This document shows, one piece after another, positions 14,158-27,134 of a DNA stretch of 64,000 bases. The stretch's first letter is position 1, and each line of letters begins with the position of its first letter. Source of the DNA: Malacoraja senta (taxonomy: Eukaryota). The notes below the pieces were generated by a model, which was not told the origin of the DNA, ran no database searches, and was given only the letters and a program-made list of their open reading frames with translations. Position numbers and translations under genes: made by a program. Location: the NCBI GenBank assembly GCA_038087875.1, contig CM075996.1, forward strand, positions 5,458,001-5,522,000, in the 5' to 3' direction.

Positions 14158-14267
14158 CTGAAGGACGACTCTCCCAAAGATGTTAAATAGTCCATGATTA
14201 ATTCCTCGGTTACTTCTGTGGTACCAAGATCAACAACAGTGTCTGGTGGTCCAAGCAAGGTCCCTCC
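14158..14267 (-). CDS. DESI1: DESI1 coding exon 4
   Basis: 110 nt between tcccag| and |gttagt, encoding [36 protein letters not shown](R). Visible within ORF 14088..14318. Confidence 0.96.
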
Positions 14268-15240
14268 CTGGGAATCGAATAAAGACAAACTATAAGACAA
14301 CATGGCACAAAGGTGCAATTGGATCCAATAAAGGTACGAATGTTCTGTTTATTACCCTATCCCTGGATATCACCATTAATTTGTGGGAAGAGAAAGAGAC
14401 AACAACACTGGAATCAAATTGTCAAATGATTCTCGACCGGCAGCCACTGCACAGGGGCAGTAAACCTATGCAACAAATGCAAGGTGTGGAGACAACAATG
14501 CAATATTCCTTTCCAAAATAGCGCTCCCTCTGTAGGTCACATGGAACCAAAACGACTCAGAGTCTCACATTACCTCATGACACAGGAGGAAGCCCATGTC
14601 AGCTCTTAGAGCTATCCCATCAATCTCATTACCCCATTTATATTCTGTAATCCACTCTCCATTCTCATGTTTATGCCGAATTAGCTAATCCCAGGAGAGC
14701 TGTCTGCTCAATATCCTGGTCAGGGAAAAGGAAATTGGCTCGGATTCCTGAACTTGATAACTGCACAGTTCTGCCACAGTTGTTTTGAACATTAAAAAAG
14801 AAAGTACAGATAGTTCTGAAATAACGCATGTTGCCATAATGTGAATTTGCACATAACAGGACTGATGACATTTGGAACATTTTTGTATTATGGTTGAATA
14901 TGAAGTGGTTTTGATTGCTAACTGTAGACCCACTTAATAGTCACGTTGGAAATTGTGAGGCAATGAAACATGTCTTGGAAAAAAAAAGTCGCAGTGAAAA
15001 AAAACTATTTCCATAATACCCATGTCTCTTAAGAATACAGTTACCAGTTTCACTGTAGGTGTCTATTGAAATTAACAAAAGATAGACACAATGCTGGATT
15101 AACTCAGCGGGACAGGCAGCAGTTCTGGAGAGAATGGGTGATGTTTCGGGTTGAGACCCTTCTTCAGACTTTAATTCAGTAATTGACAAATCACTTCTAT
15201 TGACACTTGTGCAATGATACACTACTAAACAATGTAACTG

Positions 15241-15535
15241 TTTAGTTTTTAGTTTAGTTTAGTTTAGAGACAAGCCCTTTGGCCCACCAAGTTCATGCCG
15301 ACCTGTGATGACCTATTCACTAGCACTACCCTACACACTAGGAATAATTTACAGAAGACAATTAACTTGCAAACCCACACATCTTTGGAGTGTGGGAGAA
15401 AACCGGAGCACCCGGATGAAACCCATGCGGTCTCAGGGAGAACATGCTAACTCTTTACAAACAACACCCGTAATCAGGATTGAACCCGGATCTGTGGCGC
15501 TATAAAGCAGCAACTCTATTGCTGCGTCGCCCCTT
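15241..15535 (-). mobile_element. HE1-type SINE
   Basis: Reverse-complement similarity to 12697-13016. Confidence 0.8.
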
Positions 15536-15887
15536 TAAGGCCGATTAGTACTTTTAGCTTGCAGTAATAAAGGTAAACCCACAGGTCGTCTGCTGCAATG
15601 TGATAGTTGCATTTCCAAGAAACCTCATGTCATACAAAATAGAAACAAACAACTACAGATGCTGACAGATGCAAAAAATCAGGTTATAAAAACAATTGTT
15701 TCAATGGTGATAAAGGGGGCTTAGGGGCTAGAGTTTAAGGTTCCAATAAGAGTTAATTCTTCCACAGGATTTTCAAAACTAGTTATATTAATAGCTACAG
15801 GCTTATATCTGTTACTGCTAATACTACTAGTTATATTAATAGCTACAGGCTTATATCTGTTACTGCTAATACTACTGCTAATACTAC

Positions 15888-17241
15888 AGATGGGATAGCA
15901 GCACATTTGGAAAGTGGTGAAATCATTGGACAAAGTCAGCATGGATTTACGAAAGGTAAATCGTGTCTGACGAATCTTATAGAATTTTTCGAGGATGTAA
16001 CTAGTAGAGTGGATAGGGGAGAACCAGTGGATGTGTTGTATCTGGACTTTCAGAAGGCTTTCGACAAGGTACCACATAAGAGATTAGGATACAAACTTAA
16101 ATCACACGGTATTGGGGGTTCAGTATTGATGTGGATAGAGAACTGGCTGGCAAACAGGAAGCAAAGAGTAGGAGTAAACGGGTCCTTTTCACAATGGCAG
16201 GCAGTGACTAGTGGGGTACCACAAGGCTCAGTGCTGGGACCCCAGCTATTTACAATTTATATTAATGATCTGGACGAGGGAATTGAAAGCAACATCTCCA
16301 AGTTTGCGGATGACACTAAGCTGGGGGGCAGTGTTAGCTGTGAGGAGGATGCTAGGAGACTGCAAGGTGACTTGGATAGGCTGGGTGAGTGGGCAAATGT
16401 TTGGCAGATGCAGTATAATGTGGATAAATGTGAGGTTATCCACTTTGGTAGCAAAAACGGGAAGGCAGACTATTATCTAAATGGTGGCCGATTAGGAAAT
16501 GGGGAGATGCAGCGAGACCTGGGTGTCATGGTACACCAGTCATTGAAAGTAGGCATGCAGGTGCAGCAGGCAGTGAAGAAAGCGAATGGTATGTTGGCCT
16601 TCATAGCAAGAGGATTTGAGTATAGGAGCAGCGAGGTTCTACTGCAGTTGTACAGGGTCTTGGTGAGACCACACCTGGAGTATTGCGTACAGTTTTGGTC
16701 TCCAAATCTGAGGAAGGACATTATAGCCATAGAGGGAGTGCAGAGAAGGTTCACCAGACTGATTCCTGGGATGTCAGGACTTTCATATGAAGAAAGACTG
16801 GATAGACTTGGCTTATACTCGCTAGAATTTAGGAGATTGAGAGGGGATCTTATAGAAACGTACAAGATTCTTATGGGGATGGACAGGCTAGATGCAGGAA
16901 GATTGTTCCCGATGTTGGGGAAGTCCAGGACAAGGGGTCACAGCTTAAGGATAAGGGGGAAATCCTTTAAGACCGAGATGAGGAAAAACGTTTTCACACA
17001 GAGAGTGGTGAATCTCTGGAACTCTCTGCCACAGAGGGTAGTTGAGGCCAGTTCATTGGCTATATTTAAGAGGGAATTAGATGTGGCCCTTGTGGCTAAA
17101 GGGATCAGGGGGTATGGAGAGAAGGCAGGTACGGGATACTGAGTTGGATGATCAGCCATGATCGTATTGAATGGCGGTGCAGGCTCGAAGGGCCGAATGG
17201 CCTACTCCTGCACCTAATTTCTATGTATCTATGTATCTATG
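15888..17241 (+). mobile_element. 5'-truncated CR1-clade (HER1-like) LINE with uninterrupted RT ORF 15907-17142
   Basis: Motifs QHGF.KGKSC.TNL, YLDFQKAFDKVPH, SGVPQGSVLGP.LF and KFADDTKL. 3' hairpin GCAGG..CCTGC and (TATCTATG)n tail. Confidence 0.95.
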
Positions 17242-18392
17242 TACAGGCTGCGTGTACTTTGCTTAATAGAGTAACATTGCACAAGAGTCAATATAAGTGG
17301 AGTGCTTGTCAATTGTAATGACCACCCGTGGTGCAAGTAGCAGTTGTGTTCTTAAGAGACAATGGTGTCTGCCAAGAGCACTTTTATTCTGCTTGCCAAT
17401 TTCCAACAGTTATAACGATTTAGCCTAGCGTAATGCAAATAGCGTTTCCCAATTCATTGATCGCATTATATCCAATTTGCATTATGGAAGCAGAAATATG
17501 TAGGAAGGAACTGCAGATGATTAAACCGAAGATATAGACACAAAATGATGGAGTAACTCAGTGGGACAGGCAGCATCTCTGGGGAGAAGGAATAGGTGAC
17601 GATTCGGGTCGAGACCCTTCTTCAGACTAGTCGGAATAGCAGAATAGACTAGTCGGAATATTAAACAGGAGCCTTCATTTCTAAAAATCCCGTGGGGGAG
17701 AAAACTGTTATTGAGTCCAAGTCTGAAACCCCGTTCTCTCCATTGACACGACTGTTTTTACAACACGATTTTCTGTAACCCGAGTTTTCTTAAGAATAAA
17801 ACTATCGCATTATAGCAGACCTACCTGGACTGAAAGATGTGGACACAAATTTTAGGCGATGTTGTGTTTGTTGGGTGGAATCAAAGTGGGGAAAGGGGTG
17901 GGGAAACAAGTACCCGTGCATCTATAGAAACAAACAGGGGCAGATGTCACTAGCATTTTGTATTTTACTGATGGGGTAATAGATCACCAGAGCAGAACTC
18001 CATGGTGCAGCACCCCAGTAGTGGAGAAATGGAGACCGTCTCCTTAATTTTCTAAAAGATTTCTTTTAAAAAAGGAAGGTGGAAGTATCAACTACTGGGG
18101 TGCTGATTTTGGATGATCAGCCATAATCGTATTGAATGGCAGTGCTGGCTCGAAGGGCCGAATGGCAAACTCCTGGCACCTATTTTCTATGTTTCTACTA
18201 TCAGAAAATAATGAGTGGTTCAAGGTCATGTTTGCCCACTTGGGCTGGATGGGAGTTTTGTCCAGAGGTGCTGCATTGGCTAGCTGGCAGGATTTCTGCC
18301 TGCAATTGTCTTACACCAACCAGTAAATCAGCTGAAACAGAGCGAGTCTATACCGCAGGAAATATTTCCGTAAAAGATAAGAAAACACTTAC

Positions 18393-18462
18393 CGGCTGAC
18401 AGTTCGCGATTCCACCAGAACCATAGAAGAACTCTTCTCCATTCACAACTATTGCAGTGTGC
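18393..18462 (-). CDS. DESI1: DESI1 coding exon 3 (catalytic His37)
   Basis: 70 nt between tatcag| and |gtaagt, encoding (W)HTAIVVNGEEFFYGSGGIANCQP. Confidence 0.96.
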
Positions 18463-18491
18463 CTGATAGAGGACCAGAAAAAAAAGGTTTT

Positions 18492-18945
18492 TAATATATC
18501 GCCCGGCGCGGGTTAGCGGCCACGGGACTTACCATCGTCCGCCAGGGGCTCTAACATCGGAGCCCCAGTTCGCCTAGACACTGCAGTTGGACTGCGGGTT
18601 GGACTGCTTGAACCGCGGGGTTTAAAGGACACGGAGCCGGGGGCCTAACATCGCCCGGCGTGGCTAAATGGCCACAGGACTTACCATCGTCCGCCGGGGG
18701 CTTTAACATCGGAGCCCCAGTTTGCCTAGACGCTGCAGTTGGACTGCTGGACCGCGGGTGAAGAATAAAGGGAAGAGATAAGACTTTGCCTTCCATCACA
18801 GTAAGGTGTTGTAGACTCACTGTGATGGATGTTTATGTAAACTGTGTTAAGTGTGGGTCTTGGTTTTTTTTTGTAATGTAAAAAACTGTAGTAATGAAAT
18901 TTCGTTCAAGCCTAGGTTTGAATGACAATAAATAGCATTCATTCA
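18492..18945 (+). mobile_element. GC-rich retroposon 3' end filling most of DESI1 intron 2
   Basis: Internal tandem duplication of about 150 bp. Ends GAATGACAATAAA..CATTCATTC like the Rex-type tails in the window. Confidence 0.6.
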
Positions 18946-19019
18946 ATATTAAAATATAGGTTTATAAACAACACTACCACAAATAAAATATTTTGAAAAA
19001 TGAAAATGAATTAACTCAC

Positions 19020-19041
19020 CATATTCCATCAAGTTGTTTTC
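19020..19041 (-). CDS. DESI1: DESI1 coding exon 2 (22-nt microexon)
   Basis: Reads aaacag|GAAAACAACTTGATGGAATATG|gtgagt and encodes (G)KQLDGI(W). Phases fit exons 1 and 3. Confidence 0.95.
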
Positions 19042-21107
19042 CTGTTTAAGACAAGAAAAAAAACAGCGATTGATGAACAGAACTATAAGGCCCTTCTATT
19101 CACCATCTCTCCCCTCAATTTTATATCACAATTATATCTCCCCTCGGCAAACAGTTTCAAATAAAAAAACTCAGGCTTATCCAAACCTTCCCCATGGCTA
19201 CGGATTTTCATTCTCAGCAATGTCATCGTAAATCCCTCACAAAATTAATAATCCCCTTACTAGAAAGTATTGTTGTGGCTGGAACGGTGCACATTTCAAG
19301 TGTAACCTTCACGCGCCTATACTCAGAGCCTTGACTAATAATGGGTATCAGATAATCATCGAATAAAATGTAATACATAGGCATTACTCTTTATTATTGA
19401 TCCATGATTAAAGGATCAAAGCCATTTTGAAGTTAAAGGGAGACAATTAATTAGGTGAAACATAGTATAGGTTTTAATGGGTAGATTATAGTAATAAGAG
19501 TAAGAAAAGTAGATATGGAATTTTAGTGATTCAAGATCCTCGTAAGAAAGGAGCATAGTTCAAGAAGCACTTAATTCTGGTCCCGGCTTAATTAATTTAA
19601 AATGAGAACATTAGGAGGTGAGAAATATCAGATTATATATACTTTTTTAAAGTAAGCTATTTAATATTTATTCTCTTCTACAACAGAGGTACTTGCTGAC
19701 ATGTACTTTTAGCCTCCAAAATATTAACAGTGGCCATTCTGAAGGGAGCTTTAAACTGAAAATGACAGGAGACAAGGCAGATTGACATATGACCTTGATC
19801 CAATCTGTGGTCACTTGCTCTTTACAAATGACCATCAAGGCAAGGTTCTGATGGCTGTAGGTGCCTGTGAACCTCAGCATGGGTGAGATGGGAGAAAAGC
19901 TACTGGTCACCTGAATCTCAAGCTATGTCACTGACTTGAATAGTCATGAATGTGTCCTTATCCTCAACATGTTTTGACCACCCGTGCTTTCCCCTATGGT
20001 GTGCAACCGGCTTGTCAGTTTCATACAGCTGGACAGTTTGCCAGGATATCTTAAAAGGGCAGCTTGGAATCAACAATCGTTGTTCAGTTAGAGCCATGCG
20101 GAAACCATCCCAAGCACAAGAGGCAGGATGAAATTTCAATGGAGATGTATTCGTTGTCACACTTTTTACTTCCTGACATTTTTGTAAAAGATTTTTCAAA
20201 TTCTCAGGTGGCCACAGTGAAACTTCAATTTGAAATCGCCAGATTACTAGTGAAGAATAGATGAATTGTGCAGTAACCATTACTACAGAACTGTACCCAA
20301 TACAGTATTTGTGAATTAGATTCAGGTGAGATTTTGGTTACTGTTGCTTGTAGTGGAGTTATGATTAATACTAATTCATAGCATCATTTTTCAATAGGGC
20401 CTATTACAGCCTGTGTTGCGAACAATGAGAAGCAGACCATAATAACCAGGAAACACATCCAAGAGTAAAACAGGTTAGGTTGAACACAATTGTTCCTCCG
20501 CTTCACTGGTTGCATTACATAATAATACACCCAATGTGCATGCACTTCCTCAACTAATGATCCCCGAATCAAAACTTGCTTATGGATCATACCTCTGGGT
20601 TTATTTTAAATAAATTTGATTTACTGGAGCAACAACTTGTCCCTCACGTTTTCCTCTATACTCAAAATATTCCCTTCGTGATTAAAGGACTGCTATCTTT
20701 ATGTGGACATTAAACTAGATAAAGAAAGTAGGTCCTTCACCCCTGGGCTTGTTCTACCTTTCAATTAGGCCAACAAATTAATTATTCCTCCATGACCCAT
20801 AGATACATAGATACATAGAAAATAGGTGCAGGAGTAGGCCATTCGGCCCTTCGAGCCTGCACCGGTCATGACCCAACAAACATTTATTGATACCTTTACC
20901 CTAGGATCCCCACCTCTTTGGAGAAAGTGCTGCAGATTTTTCCTTCCCTTCGACGAGGACGAAACTGCTTTCCGATTCACTTTAGCAAGACCTAGCTCAT
21001 CTTTTGAAGTGACCCCATTCTTTATTCCCACAGCACATATCCATCCTTCTAAATACCCGTTAACATTTACAGCTTCTCCACCTCCCCAGTCTGCAACACT
21101 CAAGTGA

Positions 21108-21780
21108 ATAGAACATAGAAACATAGAAAAATAGGCCATTCGGCACTTCGAGCCAGCACCGCTATTCAATATGATCATGGCTGATCTAAAATCAGTACCG
21201 CGTTCCTGCTTTTTCCCCCCATATCCCTTGTTTCCTTTAGCCCCAAGAGCTAAATCTAACTCTCTCTTGAAAACATCCATTGAATTGGCCTCCACTGCCT
21301 TATGTGGCAGAAAATTCCAGATTCACAATTCTCTGGGTGAAGACGTTTTTCCTCATCTCAGTCCTAAATGGCCTACCCCTTATTCTTAAACTGTGACCCC
21401 TGGTTCTGGACTCCCCCAACATCAGGAACAAATTTCCTGCATTTAGCCTGTCCAATCCAATTTTAGATGTTTCTATAAGATACCCCCTCATCCTTCTAAA
21501 TTCCAGTGAATACAAGCCAAGTCGACCCATTCTTTCATCATATGTCAGCCCTGCCATCCCGGGAATTAACCTGGTGAACCTACGCTGCACTCCCTCAATA
21601 GCAATAATGTCCTTCCTCAAATTAAGAGACCAAAATGGCACACAATACTCCAGGTCTCACCAGGGCCCAGTACAACTGCAGTAGGACTTCCTTGCTCCTA
21701 AACTCAAATCCTTTCGCAATGAAGGCCAACATGCCATTAGCTTTCTTCACTACCTGCTGTACCTGCATGCTTACTTTCTG
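21108..21780 (-). mobile_element. Degenerate CR1 LINE 3' fragment
   Basis: Frameshifted ORFs 21300..21641 and 21622..21867 match the CR1 C-terminus. Confidence 0.9.
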
Positions 21781-22524
21781 CCAATACAAGCCAAGGTTAT
21801 GCAAACTGCTTTCATAATTCAACCCTCTAGTGCACTTCAGGTTAACTTTTAAATTTGTTTTAATCAACTTCTCTAATTAGAAAATAAGTCTTTAAAGTTA
21901 CCTGGAAAATGAAGTTGACTGTAGCTCTACCAAACCAGCTGTAACCGTGGCATCCCACACAATCTCAAGCTGTTTGCAACTCCACATCCCTTCACACAAA
22001 GGTGGTTCCGTTCAACCGTCATTTGCTTCAGTTTATCACCAAAACTCTCAACTGTGCATTTGTTACCTGAACTGTTCCAATGCTTTCCTGACCAACCTGC
22101 CTCGCTTCTCTTCAAAATGAAATGAAGCCACATTATTGACAACTTCCCTTCTCAACCTCCATGTTACTTAGTATTGACAGTTCTCCGAGAGAGTCCCCTT
22201 TCAAACCTGCCGATATCACCTTCCCCAGGAAAGAATCTGTTTCTAACAGCTACACCCTTTCAAATCGTCCCTTTCCAAGTCCTTGAACAATTAGCAGCCT
22301 CTGAAATCTGCCCTTCTCATTCAGTTCTAATGAATTGCTTTGTCCTGGTTTACACTGTTGCAGTGCCACTGTGTTGACTCTGCTCAATATCAATAATAAC
22401 CTACATGATTGTGACAAAGGCAATCTACAACCCTGTGCCCCTTTCAACATGGCCAGAATTTTGAACAGAAATTCCATCATCACCATGACCTAGATATTAC
22501 CAGACCTACACTTCCATTGTTCTA

Positions 22525-22795
22525 GATAGACACAAAAAGCTGGAGTAACTCAGTGGGACAGGCAGCATCTCTGGAGAGGAATGGGTAGCGTCGAGACCCT
22601 TCTTCAGTCACTCAGCGGGACGGACAGCATCTCTGGGTGACTTTTCGGGTCGAGACCCATCAGTCTGAAGTAGGGGCTCGACCCGAAACGTCACCCATTC
22701 CTTCTCTCCAGAGATGCTGCCTGTCCCGCTGAGTTACTCCAGATCTGTGTCTATTTTTGGTTTAAACCAGCATCTGCAGTTCCTTCCTACGCATC
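22525..22795. mobile_element. Foldback Penelope-derived element (representative of dozens of copies)
   Basis: Inverted arms, one with the extra tail. TSD CTTCCA(T/A)TGTTCTA at 22511-22524 and 22796-22809. Confidence 0.85.
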
Positions 22796-23844
22796 CTTCC
22801 AATGTTCTATCTTGTCGTAGCCCAAAGAATCACAAAGAGTCTCTCCCCCTTTAAACCTCTCCACCTCTCCACCTCTTTTCTCTCTTCTCCATTCCCTTTA
22901 ACATCCCTTTAGTCGATCTATAAATTTGTTGTACTTTTCAGTCATTTGGCCAAGGTTTGGATCACTACCCCAAAAATAGCTTTTAGTGATTACATAATAT
23001 TTCTTAACAACTCTTGTGAGGGGCAATGATAGATCTTTGTTATTTTAAAGATACTAAGAAAATGAATGCAGTTGTTAAAGTTAATATTGTAGGATTTGCA
23101 GATGCCCAACTTGCCCCAGTCCTTCACCCCTCTTGTTCATTTACTCTTCTGAATCTGACCATCTACACAGTCATGATTTTAATCACTTGCCCATCGATTA
23201 ACATTCTCCAGATGGTCTGTGGTCCTAAGCTCTATAATTATCCCGTTAAACTATTTTTCGCGACCCGAAACGTCACCCATTCCTTCTCTCCAGAGATGCT
23301 GCCTGTCCCGCTGAGTTACTCCAGCATTTTGTATCTAGGTTTAAACCAGCATCTGCAGTGCCTTCCTGCACATTCCTTTAAATGTGCCACCATTTCCTTA
23401 ATGGACTCTGTGCTAATAATACAAGAAACTGCACCTTCCTGTTCCTCTCACCCATTTACATTGTTCTGCTCACAATTTGTAATTGGGACGAGAAGTTCAT
23501 TGACAAATAGTGCCTGGCCAGTTCCAGAACAGGGAAATTCCACCTGATGCTATTTGCGTCAGGTTCACTTACACAGGTCAAATGCCAATCCACTGTCATC
23601 ATGCCCTGTCATAGCAGTGATATGAATCTTCAAAAAAAGAGTGCAAGGCCTCCGGCTGATGAGTAAGTAACTAGAAGGTTACTCAGGGAATAATTAAGAG
23701 ATTAAAAAAATTAAAATGGATACATAAAAAAAGTAGAATGCAAGAGCTGTCAAGTTTCTTTTTATGTTTTTTTTTTGTTTTAAACAGTAAGGAAATGTTG
23801 TTGAATGACAACCGATAGCTGCCAGAGACATGAAGGCAGACACA

Positions 23845-24415
23845 AGGGCACACGAGTGCTGAGTAACTCAGCAGGTCAGGCAATATTTCTGGGGAACATG
23901 GATAGGTGATGTTTCAGGAACAGTCCCATCTTCAGACTGATTGTGGGGATGGGGTGAGAGAGAAGAAAGCTGCAAAAAGGGGAGAGGCGGGACAAAGTGT
24001 GGCTGGAAATAGGTTAACACAGGCGGGGGGGGGGGGGCGGGGGGGGGTTGTCAGGCCGATAGGTGGAACAAATGCCAGAGATACGAACAGAAGATGCAAG
24101 ACAAGTTTGAGGAGCTGTGAATTGTGAAGCCAGGAGGGAGGAAAGTATCAGGAGGGGGGAGGAAAGTATCAGCAGGGGAAGGAAAGTATCAGGAGGGGAA
24201 GAAAAGTATCAGGAGAAAGGAAAGTAGGAGGGGAAGGGGTCAGGGGGGGAGGAAAGTAGGAGCGGAAAGGATGCTGTGCAGAGGAGAAATAGGCGGGTGT
24301 CCAGGTGGGGCAAGGGAAAAAAAAGGGTTGGGGATTTGATAAAAATCACCTAAAATTGGTGAATTCAACATTCATGCAGTTGGGTTGTAAGCTACTCAAA
24401 CAGAACATGAGGCCG
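23845..24415 (-). mobile_element. Penelope-like 3' end with internal ~20-22 bp GGAAAGTATCAGGAGGGG minisatellite
   Basis: Encodes LMFCLSSLQPNCMNVEFTNFR* at about 24347-24412. Tandem units at about 24130-24260. Confidence 0.75.
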
Positions 24416-25984
24416 ACCTTATTCTTGTTCTATAAAGTCAATGGTTCAGTCTAATATCTTATTATGTCTTTCAAAATAAGAGACATCTGAAGGAACTTTA
24501 TCCACAAGTTATTCTGAGGTACGGAGACAGTTTTACAGAAGCAATATTGCCTCCAGCGCAATCACACGTGAAGCAGTGAACAATGATTAAGCTACTTTTG
24601 ATGGCTGAAAGGGAAGCGTTGGACTGTTCAAACCGAGATCTCCGTTCATGTTGTTATACGAATACAATGACTATTCTGTAAATGAAAACAACGTAGCTAC
24701 TAATCTATAGTCAGTAATATTGCAATGAGTCACACAAGTAATTTCACACTCTAAGGGGAAAAAAAAATCAGAAAATGCAAATACTGATTAGACAGTTTCT
24801 TTTTGTGTCAAAATTGATTAAGATTTTGGGATCAAACAAACAAAATAGCACTTTAATTACGTGCAGAGTACTACATAGCAAGAGAGTTAGGGGCAGAGTT
24901 CTTTTTAACAGGAAAGCTGTTAATTCCACAATACGTGGCGGTCCTGTTCACATTGGCTTTTGCTTTCCATTTTCAGATAGTAAAGATTTCAGACAAAGTT
25001 GCCAGTATCAGGGATGTCCAAATAATCTTCTGCCAGCTGTTTCGATGGCGATGCCAAGTAGACTAGCAAAGGGGGAAGAGTCATGGAAGAAAGGAAGGAC
25101 AATGACCTCTCACACATGAAATGAACTCCCAATCCTGGTTAAAGGATTGGGACTGCTGGAGTCACTCGGAGAGACAGGCAGCATCTGTGGAGGGGAATGG
25201 ACAGTGTTTTGGGGCAAGGTGTCAGGGGGTGTATATATAGGGAGAAGGCAGCAAAATGGGGCTGAGAGGGAAAGATAGATCAGCCGTGATTGAATGGCGG
25301 AGTAGACTTGAGGGTGCTTAATCTGATTCAGTTAACTTAATCTGATCCTAGAATTTATGATCAGCCTGAAGAAGGGTCTCGACCCGAAACGTCACCCATT
25401 CCTTCGCTCCATAGATGCTGCCTCACCCGCTGAGTTTCTCCAGCATTTTTGTCTACCTAGAATTTATGAATTTATGTTTCCGGTTGGGAACCTTCTTCCT
25501 TCACCTGGTGCGACCATTTGCTCATCATTTAGCACTGACACCTGCCGTGTTAACACCATTTAACGCAGCAATTAAAGAAGGGCTCGATTCCAATACAGTT
25601 CACGTTATATTTTAAAGCAAAACACAAGACGGAAGAAGGGTCTCGACCCGAAACATCACTCATTCCTTCTCTCCAGAGATGCTGCCTGTCCCGCTGAGTT
25701 GCTCCAGCATTGATTATGTGTCTACCTTCGGTGTAAACCAGCACCTGCAGCTCCTTCTTACACACAAGACTGGATCGCTTTCAGTTTTGACAGCTCATCC
25801 TCCACTTGGTCCAGCAACACATGAATATGCCAGGTAGACAAAAATGCTGGAGAAACTCAGCGGGTGCAGCAGCATCTATGGAGCGAGGGAAATAGGCAAC
25901 GTTTCGGGCCGAAACCCTTCTTCAGAATATGCCATATGCGATATAAAAGATGAAACGAAGTGTTTTTTTTTAATGTAAATGCAC

Positions 25985-26960
25985 GTTGCGGCCTAGACTA
26001 GACACGGTAACCGGCTCCCCCGGCCTCGATTTGCGGCGCCGGACGCCCCCCACCCCGCGTCTTGCCGGCGATGACTTACCGAGCATGAAGGGGCTGAACT
26101 GTCGAGCGAGGCCGCGGGAGAGGTCGTAGACGTAGAGTTTGACGGGGTGCGGCGCCGTCTCCATCGCGCCGAGAGCGGGCGGACTCGCTCGGCTGGGAGC
26201 CGGTTTCACTGTGAGCGCGGGGCGGGGCGGGCGGGCGGGCGGGCGGGCGGACTCGCTCGGCGCCGGCGGCGGTTTCACTGTGAGCGCGGGGCGGGCGGGC
26301 GGGCGCTACCGCACCCGGGGGGGGGGGCGGGGGGGCCTCGCAATGAAGCATTTACGGAGACCCACCCCCTTCATGCCGTCACAAACCACTGGCCACGCCT
26401 CTCGTTCATCAGACTTAGCACCGCCCACCGACACTCCCCTCACTGACCATTGGTAATTCCCTCTGTCCGTCAACGGCTTGTCCCGCCCTCCTTCACAGTA
26501 ATCATACTCTATTGGACAGGTATTATGTCCATCAACGACTGATCACACCCCCTTCATGCGTCACAATTGGTCACGCCTCCCATTCATCGATGACTTGGCG
26601 CCGCCCACTGACACTCCCCTCACGGACCATTGATCGGCCTCACTGTCCATCAATGACTTGGACCTGCCCCCTTCATGTCGTCACAAACCAACGGCTATGT
26701 CACTCCTCCTGTCCATCAACGACGGGTCACGCCCCCTTCGTGCGTCAAAAACTATCAGTCCCTCCCTCTGTCCATCGACGACTGGTTACCGCCCACTCTC
26801 ACCACCGTCACAGGCCATTGGTCACCCCTACCGTCAATCAACGGCTTAGACCCGCCCTCTCCACGCCGTCACAAACTGTTGGTCACGCCTATTCTCACTC
26901 CCATCACAAGCCATTGGTCAAGCCTCCCGTCCATTAACTACGTGGAACCGCCCCCTGCAG
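25985..26960 (-). promoter_or_regulatory. DESI1 CpG-island promoter and 5'UTR
   Basis: CpG-dense with multiple GGGCGG boxes at 26175-26305. Several CCAAT (ATTGG on +) and CGTCA motifs at 26370-26940. Confidence 0.8.
26080..26164 (-). CDS. DESI1: DESI1 (desumoylating isopeptidase 1, PPPDE family) coding exon 1
   Basis: ATG at 26164 encodes METAPHPVKLYVYDLSRGLARQFSPFML plus 1 nt (85 nt), followed by a G|GTAAGT donor. Matches the vertebrate DESI1 N-terminus (PVKLYVYDLS). Lies in a CpG island. Confidence 0.96.
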
Positions 26961-27134
26961 GCAAAATCTGTAACAACTTCACGCTGGTTACATCAGAATT
27001 CAATTTTATTCGCCAAGTATGTTTTGCAACATACGAGGAATTACATAAATGGCCCGTTTCACTGATACAAACGTCCAAATGTGAAGGAGGCTGCAGAAAG
27101 TGGTGGATATTGCCCCTGTCCATCAGGGGTACTG

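Noticed and set aside
17340..17826. Tigger/pogo-like MITE remnant
   Set aside because: Only one TIR-like end (~17805-17826) is visible, with no matching left end or TSD.
19250..19680. Possible mitochondrial control-region insertion
   Set aside because: It is AT-rich with only a vague resemblance. No recognisable conserved blocks or mitochondrial genes; BLAST would be needed.
25970..26278. 102-aa ORF as an N-terminally extended DESI1
   Set aside because: It starts at a GTG within the duplicated UTR unit and runs into intron 1. Homology begins at ATG 26164.
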